The position numbers were made by a program, and so were the translations under genes. DNA of 64,000 nt. It comes from the human T2T-CHM13v2.0 reference genome, Homo sapiens. This document shows, piece after piece, positions 15,001 to 28,400 of the stretch. Within the stretch, counting starts at the first letter, position 1; each line of letters opens with the position of its first letter. The notes beneath the pieces are model-generated. The model saw only the letters and a program-made list of their open reading frames with translations. It was not told the DNA's origin and searched no databases. The stretch is taken from the NCBI RefSeq assembly GCF_009914755.1, contig NC_060933.1. One strand, 5' to 3'.

Positions 15001-16340
15001 TGGAATGGAATGGAATGGAATGAACCCGTGTGCAATGGAATGGAATGGAATGGAATGGATTCAACTCGAATGGAATCAACTCGATTGCAATGGAATGGAA
15101 TGGAATGGAAAGGAATAGAATGGAATCAACCCGAGTGGAATGGAATGGAAAGGACTGGAATGGAGTGGAATGCAATGGAATGGAATTAACCCGAATAGAA
15201 TGAAATGGAACGGAATGGAACGGAATGTAATGCAAAGGAATCGAATGGAATCATCCCGAGTGCAGGGGAATGGAATGGAATGGAATGCAATGCAATGGAA
15301 TCATCCGGAATGGAATGGAATGGAATGGAATGGAATGGAATCAACTCGATTTCAATGGAATGGAATGGAATAGAATGGAATGGAATTAACACGAATAGAA
15401 TGGAATGGAATGGAATGGAATGGAACAGAAAGGAATGGAATGGAATGGAATGGAATCAACCCAAGTGCAGGGGAATGGAATGGAATGGAATTCAATGGAA
15501 TGGAATCATCCGGAATGGAATGGAATGGAATGGAATGGAATGGAATGGAATGGAATGGAATGGAATGGAATCAACCCGAGTGCAATGGAATGGAGAGGAA
15601 TGGAATGGAATGGAATGGAAACTACCCGAATGGAATGGAATGGAATGGAGTGTAAGGGAATTGAATAGAATGAATCCGAATGGAATGGAATGGAATGGAA
15701 AGGAATGGAATGGAATGGAATGGAATGCAATGCCATGGAATCAACCCGAGTGCAATCGAATGGAATCGAATGGAATCGAATGAAATGGAATGCAATGGAA
15801 TGGATTCAACTAGAATGGAATGGAAAGAATGGAATCAACACGAGTGGAATGGCATGGATTGGAATGGAATGGAATGGAATCAACCCGAGTAGAGGGGAAT
15901 GGAATGGAATGGAATGAAATGGAATGGAATCATACGTAATGTAATGGAAAGGAATGGAATGGAATGGAATGGAATGGAATGGAATGGAATGGAATGGAAT
16001 TGAATGGAATCAACTCGATTGCAATCGAATGGAATGGAATGGAATTAACCCGAATAGAATGGAATGGAATGGAATGGAATGGAACGGAACGGAATGGAAT
16101 GGAATGGAATGGACTGGAGTGGAATGGAACGGATCGGAATGGAATGGAATGGAATGGAATGGAATCAACGCGAGTGCAGGGGAATGGAATGGAATGGAAT
16201 GCAATGGAATGAAATCTTCCGGAATGGAATGGAATGGAATGCAATGGATTCAACTCGATTGCAATGGAATGCAATAGAATGGAATGGAATGGAATGGAAT
16301 GGAATTAACCCGAATAGAATGGAATGGAATGGAATGGAAA

Positions 16341-16380
16341 GGAACGGAACGGAACGGAACGGAACGGAACGGAACGGAAC
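16341..16380 (+). repeat. (GGAAC)8 variant pentamer run
   Basis: Eight consecutive GGAAC units, the longest such run I noticed. Shorter runs occur at ~2930 and ~8455. Confidence 0.9.
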
Positions 16381-19300
16381 GGAATGGAATGGAATGGAAT
16401 GGAATTGTATGGAATGGAATGGAATGGTACGGAATAGAATGGAATGGAAAGAATTGGAATGGAATGGAATCGAATGGAATGGAATGGAATGGAATGGAAT
16501 CAACCCGAGTGCAGGGGAATGTAATGGAACGGAATGTAATGGAATGGAATCATCCGGAATGGAATGGAATGGAATGGAATGGAATGGAATGGAATGGAAT
16601 GGAATCAACCCGAGTGCAATGGAATGGAGTGGAATGGAATGGAATGAAATGGAACAACACGAATGGAATGGAATGTAATGGAGAGTAAGGGAGTTGAATA
16701 GAATCAATCCGAATGTAATGGAATGGAATGGAACGGAATGGAATTGAATGGAATGGAATGGAATGCAATGGAATGGTATCAACCCGAGTGTAATGGAATG
16801 GAGAGGAATGGAATGGAATGGAATGGAAACTACCCGAATGGAATGGAATGTAATGGAGTGTAAGGGAATTGAATAGTATCAATCCGAATGTAATGGAATG
16901 GAATGGAACGGAATGGAATGGAATGCAATGGAATGGAATGGAATGGAATGGAATCGTTCCGAGGGGAATAGGAGAGAATGTATTCGAGTGGGATGGAAAG
17001 GAATTGAATCAACCAGAGTGGAATGGAAGGGAATGGAATGGAATGGAAACTAATAGATTAGATTGGAATCAACCCGAGAGGAATGGAATGGAAAGGACTG
17101 AAATGGAATGGAATGGAATGGAATGGAATCAACTCGATTGTAATGGAATGGAATGGAATGGAATGGAACGGAATGGAATGGAATTAACCCGAATACAATG
17201 GAATGGAATGGAATGGAATGGAATGGAATGGAATGGAATGGAACGGAATGGAGTGGAATGGAATGGATTCAACCCAAGTGCACGGGAATGGAATGGAATG
17301 GAATGCAATGGAATGGAATCATCCGGAATGGAATGGAATGGAATGGAATGCAAAGCAATGGAATCAACTCGATTGCAATGGAAAGGAATGGAATGGAAAG
17401 GAATAGAATGGAATCAACCTGATTGGAATGGAATGGAAAGGACTGGAATGGAGTGGAATGGAATGGAATGGAATGGAATGGAATGCAATGGAATGGTATG
17501 GAATGGAATGGAATGGTACGGAATAGAATGGAATGGAACGAATTGTAATGGAATGGAATTCAATGGAATGGAATGGAATGGAATGGAATCAACGCGAGTG
17601 CAGGGGAATGTAATGGAACGGAATGCAATGGAAAGGAATCATCCGGAATGGAATGGAATGGAATGGAATGGAATGGAATCAACCCGAGTGCAATGGAATG
17701 GAGTGGAATGGAATGGAATGGAATGGAACAACCCGAATGGAATGGAATGTAATGGAGAGTAAGGGAGTTGAATAGAATCAATCAGAATGTAATGGAATGG
17801 AATGCAACGGAAAGGAATGGAATGGAATGGAATGGAATGCAATGGAATGGAATCAACCCGAGTACAATGGAATGGAATGGGATGGAATGGAATGCCTTCA
17901 AACCGAATGGAATGGAAAGGAATGGAATCAACACGAATGGAATGGAATGGAATGGAATGGAATGGAATGGAATGGAATGATACGGAATAGGATGGAATGG
18001 AACGAAATGGAATGGAATGGAATGGACTGGAATGGAATGGAATGGAATGGAATCGTTCCGAGTGGAATAGGAGGGAATGTATTCGAGTGGAATGGAAAGG
18101 AATGGAATCAACCAGAGTGGAATGGAAGGGAATGGAATGGAATGGAAACTAATAGAATGGAATCAACCCTAGTGGAATGGAATGGAAAGGCCTGGAATGG
18201 AAAGGAATGGAATGGAATGGAATGGAATGGAATGGAATGGAATCAACGCGAGTGCAGGAGAATGGAATGGAATCGAATGGAATGGAATGGAATGGAATCA
18301 ACCCGAGTGCAGGGGAATGTAATGGAACGGAATGCAATGGAAAGGAATCATCCGGAATGGAATGGAATGGAATGGAATGGAATCAACCCGAGTGCAATGG
18401 AATGGAGTGGAATGGAATGGAATGGAATGGAACAACCCGAATGGAATGGAATGTAATGGAGAGTAAGGGAGTTGAAAAGAATCAATCCGAATGTAATGGA
18501 ATGGAATGGAACGGAATGGAATGGAATGGAATGGAATGGAATGGAATGCAATGGAAAGGAATCAACCCGAGTACAATGGAATGGAATGGAATGGAATGGA
18601 ACGGAATGGAATGGAATGGAATGGAATCTTCCGTAATGGAATGGAATGGAATGGAATTGAATGCAATGGATTCAACTCGATTGCAATGGAATGGAATAGA
18701 ATGGAATGGAATGGAATGGAATGGAACAGAACGGAACGGAACGGAACGGAGTGGAATGGAATGGAATGGAATTGTATGGAATGGAATGGAATGGTACGGA
18801 ATAGAATGGAATGGAATGAATTGGAATGGAATGGAATGGAATGGAATGGAATGGAATGGAATGGAATGGAATCAACCCGAATGCAATGGAATGGAGTGGA
18901 ATGGAATGGAATGGAATGGAAAAACCCGAATGGAATGGAATGTAATGGAGAGTAAGGGAGTTGAATAGAATCAATACGAATGTAATGGAATGGAAAGGAA
19001 TGGAATGGAATGGAATGGAATGGAATGGAATGGAATGGAATGGAATGGAATGGAATGGAATGCAATGGAATGGAATCAACCAGAGTACAATGGAACGGAA
19101 TGGAATGGAATGGAATGGAATGGAATGGAATGGAATGGAATGGAATGGAATCAACCCGAGTGCAATGGAATAGAGAGGAATGGAATGGAATGGAATGGAA
19201 ACTACCCGAATGGAATGGAATGTAATGGAGTGTAAGGGAATTGAATAGAATCAATCCGAATGGAATGGAATGGAATGGAACGGAATGTAATGGAATGGAA

Positions 19301-22300
19301 TGGAATGGAATCAACCCGAGTGCAGGGGAATGTAATGGAATGGAATGCAATGGAATGGAATCATCCGGAATGGAATGGAATGGAATGCAATGGAATGGAA
19401 TCAACCCGAGTACAATGGAATGGAATGGAATGGAATGGAATGGAATGGAATGGAATGTCTTCAAACCGAATGGAATGGAAAGGAATGTAATCAACACGAG
19501 TGGAATGGAATGGAATGGAATGGAATGGAATGGAATGGAATGGAATGGAATGCAATGGAATGGAATCTTCCGGAATGGAATGGAATGGAATGGAATGGAA
19601 TGCAATGGATTCAAATCGATTGCAATGGAATGGAATAGAATGGAATGGAATGGAATGGAATGGAATGGAATGGAATGGAATTAAACCGAATAGAATGGAA
19701 TGGAATGGTATGGAACGGAATGGAACGGAACGGAACGGAACGGAGTGGAATGGAATGGAATGGAATTGTATGCAATGGAATGGAATGGTACGGAATAGAA
19801 TGGAATGGAAAGAATTGGAATGGAATGGAATGGAATGGAATGGAATGGAATGGAATGGAATCAACCCGAGTGCAGGGGAATGTAATGGAACGGAATGCAA
19901 TGGAATGGAATCATCCGGAATGGAATGGAATGGAATGGAATGGAATGGAATCAATCCGAGTGCAATGGAATGGAGTGGAATGGAATGGAATGGAATGGAA
20001 CAACCCGAATGGAATGGAATGTAATGAAGAGTAAGGGAGTTGAATAGAATCAATCCCAATGAAATGGAATGGAATGCAACGGAATGGAATGGAATGGAAT
20101 GGAATGGAATGCAATGGAATAGAATCAACCCGAGTACAATGGAATGGAATGGAATGGAATGGAATGGAATGGAATGGAATGGAATGGAATGATACGGAAA
20201 AGAATGGAATGGAACGAAATGGAATGGAATGGAATGGAATGGATTGGAATGGAATGGAATGGAATGGAATGCCTTCAAACCGAATGGAATGGAAAGGAAT
20301 GAAATCAAAACGAGTGGAATGGAATGGAATGGAATGGAATGGAATGGAATGATACGGAATAGAATGGAATGGAACGAAATGGAATGGAATGGAATGTAAT
20401 GGAATGGAATGGAATGGAATGGAATGGAATGGAATCGTTCCGAGTGGAATAGGAGGGAATGTATTCGAGTGGAATGGAAAGGAATGGAATCAACCAGAGT
20501 GGAATGGAAGGGAATGGAATGGAATGGAAACTAATAGAATGGAATCAACCCGAGTGGAATGGAATGGAAAGGACTGGAATGGAAAGGAATGGAATGGAAT
20601 GGAATGGAATGGAATGGAATGGAATGGAATCAACGCGAGTGCAGGGGAATGGAATGGAATGGAATGGAATGGAATGGAATGGAATGGAATTTAATCAACC
20701 CGAGTGCAGGGGAATGTAATGGAACGGAATGCAATGGAATGGAATCATCCGGAATGGAATGCAATGGAATGGAATGGAATCAACCCGAGTGCAATGGAAT
20801 GGAGTGGAATGGAATGGAATTGAATGGAACAATCCGAATGGAATGGAATGTAATGGAGAGTAAGGGAGTTGAAAAGAATCAATCCGAATGTAATGGAATG
20901 GAACGCAATGGAATGGAATGGAATGGAATGGAATGGAATGGAATGGAATGGAATGCAATGGAATGGAATCAACCCGAGTACAATGGAATGGAATGGAATC
21001 GAATGGAATGGAATGGAATGGAATGGAATGGAATGATACGGAATAGAATGGAATGGAACGAAATGGAATGGAATGGAATGGAATGGAATGGAATGGAATG
21101 GAATGGAATCGTTCCGAGTGGAATAGGAGGGAATGTATTCGAGTGGAATGGAAAGGAATGGAATCAACCAGAGTGGAATGGAAGGCAATGGAATGGAATG
21201 GAAACTAATAGAATGGAATCAACCCGAGTGGAATGGAATGGAAAGGAATGGAATGGAATGGAATGGAATGGAATCAACTCGATTGTAATGGAATGGAATG
21301 GAATGGAATGGAATGGAATGGAATGGAATGGAATGGAATCAACCCGAGTGCAATGGAATGGAGTGGAATGGAATGGAATGGAATGGAACAACCTGAATGG
21401 AATGGAATGGAATGGAGAGTAAGGGAGTTGAATAGAATCAATCCGCATGTAATGGAATTGAATGCAACGGAATGGAATTGAATGGAATGGAATGGAATGC
21501 AATGGAATGGAATCAACCCGAGTGCAATGGAATGGAGAGGAATGGAATGGAATGGAATGGAAACTACCCGAATGGAATGGAATGTAATGCAGTGTAAGGG
21601 AATTGAATAGAATCAATCCGAATGTAATGGAATGTAATGTAATGGAATGGAATGGAATGGAATGGAATGGAATTGAATGGAATGGAATGCAATGGAATGG
21701 ATTCAACTTGAATGGAATGGAAAGAATGGAATCAACACGAGTGGAATGGCATGGATTGGAATGGAATGGAATGGAATAAACCCGAGTACAGGGGAATGGA
21801 ATGGAATGGAATGCAATGGAATGGAATCATCCGTAATGGAATGGAAAGGAATGGAATGGAATGGAATGGAATGGAATGGAATGGAATCAACTCGATTGCA
21901 ATCGAATGGAATGGAATGGAATTAACCCGAATAGAATGGAATGGAATGGAATGGAACGGAACGGAATGGAATGGAATGGAATGGAATGGAATGGAATGGA
22001 ATGCAATGGAATGGAATGGAATGGAATGGAATGGAATGGAATGGAATGGTATGGAATGGAATGGAATGGTACGGAATAGAATGGAATCCAACGAATTGTA
22101 ATGGAATGTAATTGAATGGAATGGAATGGAATGGAATGAACGCGAGTGCAGGGGAATGTAATGGAACGGAATGCAATGGAATGGAATCATCCGGAATGGA
22201 ATGGAATGGAATGGAATGGAATCAACCCTAGTGCAATGGAATGGAGTGGAATGGAATGGAATGGAATGGAACAACCCGTATGGAATGGAATGTAATGGAG

Positions 22301-25300
22301 AGTAAGGGATTTGAATAGAATCAATCCGAATGTAATGGAATGGAATGCAAGGGAATGGAATGGAATGGAATGGAATGGAATGCAATGGAATGGAATCAAC
22401 CCGAGTACAATGGAATGGAATGGAATGGAATGGAATGCCTTCAAACCGAATGGAATGGAAAGGAATGGAATCAACACGAGTGGAATGGAATGGAATGGAA
22501 TGGAACGGAATGGAATGGAATGATATGGAATAGAATGGAATGGAACGAATTGGAATGGAATGGAATGGAATGGAATGGAATGGAATCGTTCCGAGTGGAA
22601 TAGGAGGGAATGTATTCGAGTGGAATGGAAAGGAATGGAATCAACCAGAGTGGAATGGAAGGGAATGGAATGGAATGGAAACTAATAGAATGGAATCAAC
22701 CCGAGTGGAATGGAATGGAAAGGACTGGAATGGAATGGAATGGAATGGAATGGAATGGAATCAACTCGATTGTAATGGAATGGAATGGAATGGAATGGAA
22801 TGGAATGGAATTAACCCGAATACAATGGAATGGAATGGAATGGAACGGAATGGAGTGGAATGGAATGGAATCAACCCGAGTACAGGGGAATGGAATGGAA
22901 TAGAATGCAATGGAATGGAATCATCCGGAATGGAATGGAATGGAATGGAATGCAAAGCAATGGAATCAACTCGATTGCAATGGAATGGAATGGAATGGAA
23001 AGGAATACATTGGAATCAACCCGAGTGGAATGGAATGGAAAGGACTGGAATGGAGTGGAATGGAATGGATTGGAATGGAATGGAATCAACTCGATTGGAA
23101 TGGAATGGAATGGAATGGAATGGAATGGAATGGAATTAACCCGAATAGAATGGAATGGAATGGAATGGAACGGAACGGAATGGAATGGAATGGAATGGAA
23201 TGGAATGGAATGGAATCAACCCGACTGCAGGGGAATGGAATGGAAGGGAATGCAATGGAATGGATTCAACTTGAATGGAATGGAAAGAATGGAATCAACA
23301 CGAGTGGAATGGCATGGATTGGAATGGAATGGAATGGAATCAACCCGAGTACAGGGGAATGGAATGGAATGGAATGCAATGGAATGGAATCATCCGTAAT
23401 TGAATGAAAAGGAATGGAATGGAATGGAATGGAATGGAATGAAATCAACTCGATTGCAATCGAATGGAATGGAATGGAATTAACCCGAATAGAATGGAAT
23501 GGAATGGAATGGAACGGAACGGATCGGAATGGAATGGAATGGAATGGAATGGAATGGAATGGAATGGAATCAACGCGAGTGCAGGGGAATGGAATGGAAT
23601 GGAATGCAATGGAATGGAATCTTCCGGAATGGAATGGAATGGAATGGAATGGAATGGAATAAACCTGAGTGCAATGGAATGGAGTGGAATGGAATGGAAT
23701 GGAATGGAACAAGCCGAATGCAATGGAATGTAATGGAGAGTAAGGGAGTTGAATAGAGTCAATCCGAATGTAATGGAATGGAATGGAACGGAATGGAATG
23801 GAATGGAATGCAATGGAATGGAATCAACCCGAGTGCAATGGAATGAAGAGGAATGGAATGGAATGGAATGGAAACTACCCGAATGGAATGGAATGTAATG
23901 GAGTGTAAGGGAATTGAATAGAATCAATCCGAATGTAATGGAATGGAATGGAACGGAATGGAATGGAATGGAATGGAATGGAATGCAATGGAATGGAATC
24001 AACCCGAGTGCAATCGAATGGAATCGAATGGAATGGAATGCAATGGAATAGATTCAACTTGAATGGAATGGAAAGAATGGAATCAACACGAGTGGAAGGG
24101 CATGGATTGGAATGCAAAGGAATGGAATCAACCCGATTACAGGGGAATGGAATGGAATGGAATGCAATGGAATGGAATCATCCGTAATGGAATGGAAAGG
24201 AATGGAATGGAATGGAATGGAATGGAATGGAATGGAATGGAATGGAATCAACACGATTGCAATCGAATGGAATGGAGTGGAATTAACCCGAATAGAATGG
24301 AATGGAATGGAATGGAACGGAACGGAATGGAATGGAATGGAATGGAATGGAATGGAACGGAACGGAACGGAACGGAATGGAATGGAATGGAATGGAATGG
24401 AATGGAATGGAATCAACGCGAGTGCAGGGGAATGGCATGGAATGGAATGCAATGGAATGGAATCTTCCGGAATGGAATGGAATGGAATGGAATGAAATGC
24501 AATGGATTCAACTCGGTTGCAATGGAATGGAATAGAATGGAATGGAATGGAATGGAATGGGATTAACCCGAATAGAATGGAATTGAATGGAATGCAACGG
24601 AATGGAACGGAATGGAATGGAATGGAATGGAATGGAATGGAATGGTATGGAATGGAATGGAATGGTACGGAATAGAATGGAATGGAACGAATTGTAATGG
24701 AATGGAATTGAATGGAAAGGAATGGAATGGAATGGAATCAACGCGAGTGCAGGGGAATGTAATGGAACGGAATGCAATGGAATGGAATCATCCGGAATGG
24801 AATGGAATGGAATGGAATGGAATGGAATGGAATCAACCCGAGTGCAATGGAATGGAGTGGAATGGAATGGAATGGAATGGAACAATCCGAATGGAATGGA
24901 ATGTAATGGAGAGTAAGGGAGTTGAATAGAATCAATCCGAATGTAATGGAATGGAATGCAACAGAATGGAATGGAATGGAATGGAATGGAATGGAATGCA
25001 AAGGAATTTAATCAACCCGAGTGGAATGGCATGGAATGGAATGCAATGGATTGGAATGGAATGGAATCAACTCGAGTGGAAAGGAATGGAATGGAATGGA
25101 AAGGAATGGAATGAACTCAACTCGAGTGGAATGGAATGGAATGGAATGGATTGGAATGGATTGCAATGGAATGAACTGGAATGGAATGGAATGGAATCAA
25201 TCATGGAAGGGAATGTAATGGAGTGGAAAGAAGGGAATGGAATCAACCCGAGTGGAATGCAAGGCAATGGAATGGAATGGAAAGGAATGGAAAGCAATCA

Positions 25301-25473
25301 ACTCGATTGCAATGGAATGGAATGGAATGGAATGGAATGGAGTTAACCGGAATAGAATGGAATGGAACGGAATGGAATGGAATGGAAGGGAATGGAATCA
25401 ACACGAGTGCAGGGGAATGGAATGGAATGGAATGCAATGGAATGGAATCATCCGGAATGTAATGGAATGGAAT

Positions 25474-25495
25474 GGAATAAACCCATTCCGTTCCA
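25474..25495. other. Strand-switch (inversion) junction 1, convergent GGAAT -> CATTC
   Basis: ggaataaaccc|attccgttcc is an abrupt switch with no intervening non-satellite sequence. Confidence 0.95.
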
Positions 25496-28400
25496 TTGTA
25501 CTCGGGTTGATTCCATTCCATTGCATTCCATTCCATTCCATTCCATTCCATTCCATTCCATTCCGTTTCATTCCATTACATTCGGATTGATTCTATTCAA
25601 CTCCCTTACTCTCCATTACATTCCATTCCATTCGGGTTGTTCCATTCCATTCCATTCCATTCCACTCCATTCCATTGCACTCGGGTTGATTCCATTCCAT
25701 TCCATTCCATTCCATTCGATTCCATTCCATTCCAATTCTTTCCATTCCATTCTATTCCGTACCATGCCATTCCATTCCATACAATTCCATTCCATTCCAT
25801 TCCACTCATTCCAGTCCGTTCCGTTCCGTTCCGTTACGTTCCATTCCGTTCCGTTCCATTCCATTCCATTCCATTCTATTCGGGTTAATTCCATTCCATT
25901 CCATTCGATTGCAATCGAGTTGATTCCATTCCATTCCATTCCATTCCATTCCATTCCATTCCATTCCTTTCCATTCCATTACGGATGATTCCATTCCATT
26001 GCATTCCATTCCATTCCATTCCCCTGTACTCGGGTTGATTCCATTCCATTCCATTCCAATCCATGGCATTCCACTCGTGTTGATTCCATTCTTTCCATTC
26101 CATTCAAGTTGAATCCATTCCATTGCATTCCATTCCATTCGATTCCATTCGATTGCACTCGGGTTGATTCCATTCCATTGCATTCCATTCCATTCGATTC
26201 CATTCCATTCCATTCCATTCCATTCCATTCCATTCCGTTCCATTCCATTCCATTACATTCGGATTGATTCTATTCAATTCCGTTACACTCCATTACATTC
26301 CATTCCATTCGGGTAGTTTCCATTCCATTCCATTCCATTCCTCTCCATTCCATTGCACTCGGGTTGATTCCATTCCATTCCATTCCATTCAATTCCATTC
26401 CGTTCCATTCCATTCCATTACATTCGGATTGATTCTATTCAACTCCCTTACTCTCCATTACATTCCATTCCATTCGGGTTGTTCCATTCCATTCCATTCC
26501 ATTCCACTCCATTCCATTGCACTCGGGTTTATTCCATTCCATTCCATTCCATTCCATTCCATTCCATTCCGTTCCGTTCCATTCCATTCCATTCCATTCT
26601 ATTCGGGTTAATTCCATTCCATTCCATTCCATTCCATTCCAATCGAGTTGATTCCATTCCATTCCATTCCATTCCATTCCACTCCATTCCAGTCCTTTCC
26701 ATTCCATTCCACTCGGGTTGATTCCAATGTATTCCTTTCCATTCCATTTCATTCCATTGCAATCGAGTTGATTCCATTGCTTTGCATTCCATTCCTTTCC
26801 ATTCCATTCCGGATGATTCCATTCCATTGCATTCCATTCCATTCCATTCTCCTGCACTCGGGTTGATTCCATTCCATTCCACTCCATTCCATTCCATTCC
26901 ATTGTATTCGGGTTAATTCCATTCCATTGCATTCCATTCCATTCCATTCCATTACAATCGAGTTGATTCCATTCCATTCCATTCCATTCCAATCCTTTCC
27001 ATTCCATTCCACTTGGGTTGATTCCATTCTATTAGTTTCCATTCCATTCCATTCCCTTCCATTCCACTCTGGTTGATACCTTTCCTTTCCATTCCACTCG
27101 AATACATTCCCTCCTATTCCACTCGGAACGATTCCATTCCATTCCATTCCATTCCATTCCATTCCATTCCATTCCATTCCATTGTACTCGGGTTGATTCA
27201 ATTCCATTGCATTCCATTCCATTCCATTCCATTCCATTCCGTTGCATTCCATTCCATTACTTTCGGATTCATTCTATTCAACTCCCTTACTCTCCATTAC
27301 ATTCCATTCCATTCGGGTTGTTCCATTCCATTCCATTCCATTCCACTCCATTCCATTGCACTCGGGTTGATTCCATTCCATTCCATTCCATTCCATTCCA
27401 TTCCATTCCGGATGATTCCATTCCATTGCATTCCGTTCCATTACATTCCCCTGCACTCGCGTTGATTCCATTCCATTCCATTCCATTCCATTCAATTACA
27501 TTCCATTACAATTCGTTCGATTCCATTCTATTCCCTACCATTCCATTCCATTCCATACCATTCCATTCCATTCCATTCCATTCCATTCCGTTCCATTCCG
27601 TTCCATTCCATTCCATTCCATTCTATTCGGATTAATTCCATTCCATTCCATTCCATTCCATTCTATTCCATTCCATTGCAATCGAGTTGAATCCATTGCA
27701 TTTCATTCCATTCCATTCCATTCCATTCCATTCCGGAAGATTCCATTCCATTGCATTCCATTCCATTCCATTCCCCTGCACTCGCGTTGATTCCATTCCG
27801 TTCCAATCCATTCCATTCCATTCCATTGCATTCCATTCCGTTCCGTTCCATTCCATTCCACTCCATTCCATTCCATTCCGTTCCGTTCCATTCCATTCCA
27901 TTCCATTCTATTCGGGTTAATTCCATTCCATTCCATTCGATTGCAATCGAGTTGATTCCATTCCATTCCATTCCATTCCATTCCATTCCATTCCATTCCT
28001 TTCCATTCCATTACGGATGATTCCATTCCATTGCATTCCATTCTATTCCATTCCCCTGTACTCGGGTTGATTCCATTCCATTCCATTCCAATCCATGCCA
28101 TTCCACTCGTGTTGATTCCATTCTTTCCATTCCATTCAAGTTGAATCCATTCCATTGCATTCCATTCCATTCGATTCCATTCGATTGCACTCGGGTTGAT
28201 TCCATTCCATTGCATTCCATTCCATTCCATTCCATTCCATTCCATTCCATTCCGTTTCATTCCATTACTTTCGGATTGATTCTATTCAATTCCCTTACAC
28301 TCCATTACATTCCATTCCATTCGGGTAGTTTCCATTCCATTCCATTCCATTCCTCTCCATTCCATTGCAGTCGGGTTGATTCCATTCCATTGCATTCCAT

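Larger units (their letters stand above)
1..25484 (+). repeat. HSat3 block 1, GGAAT strand on +
   Basis: Continuous GGAAT-oriented sequence up to ...ggaataaaccc, ending at 25484. Confidence 0.96.
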
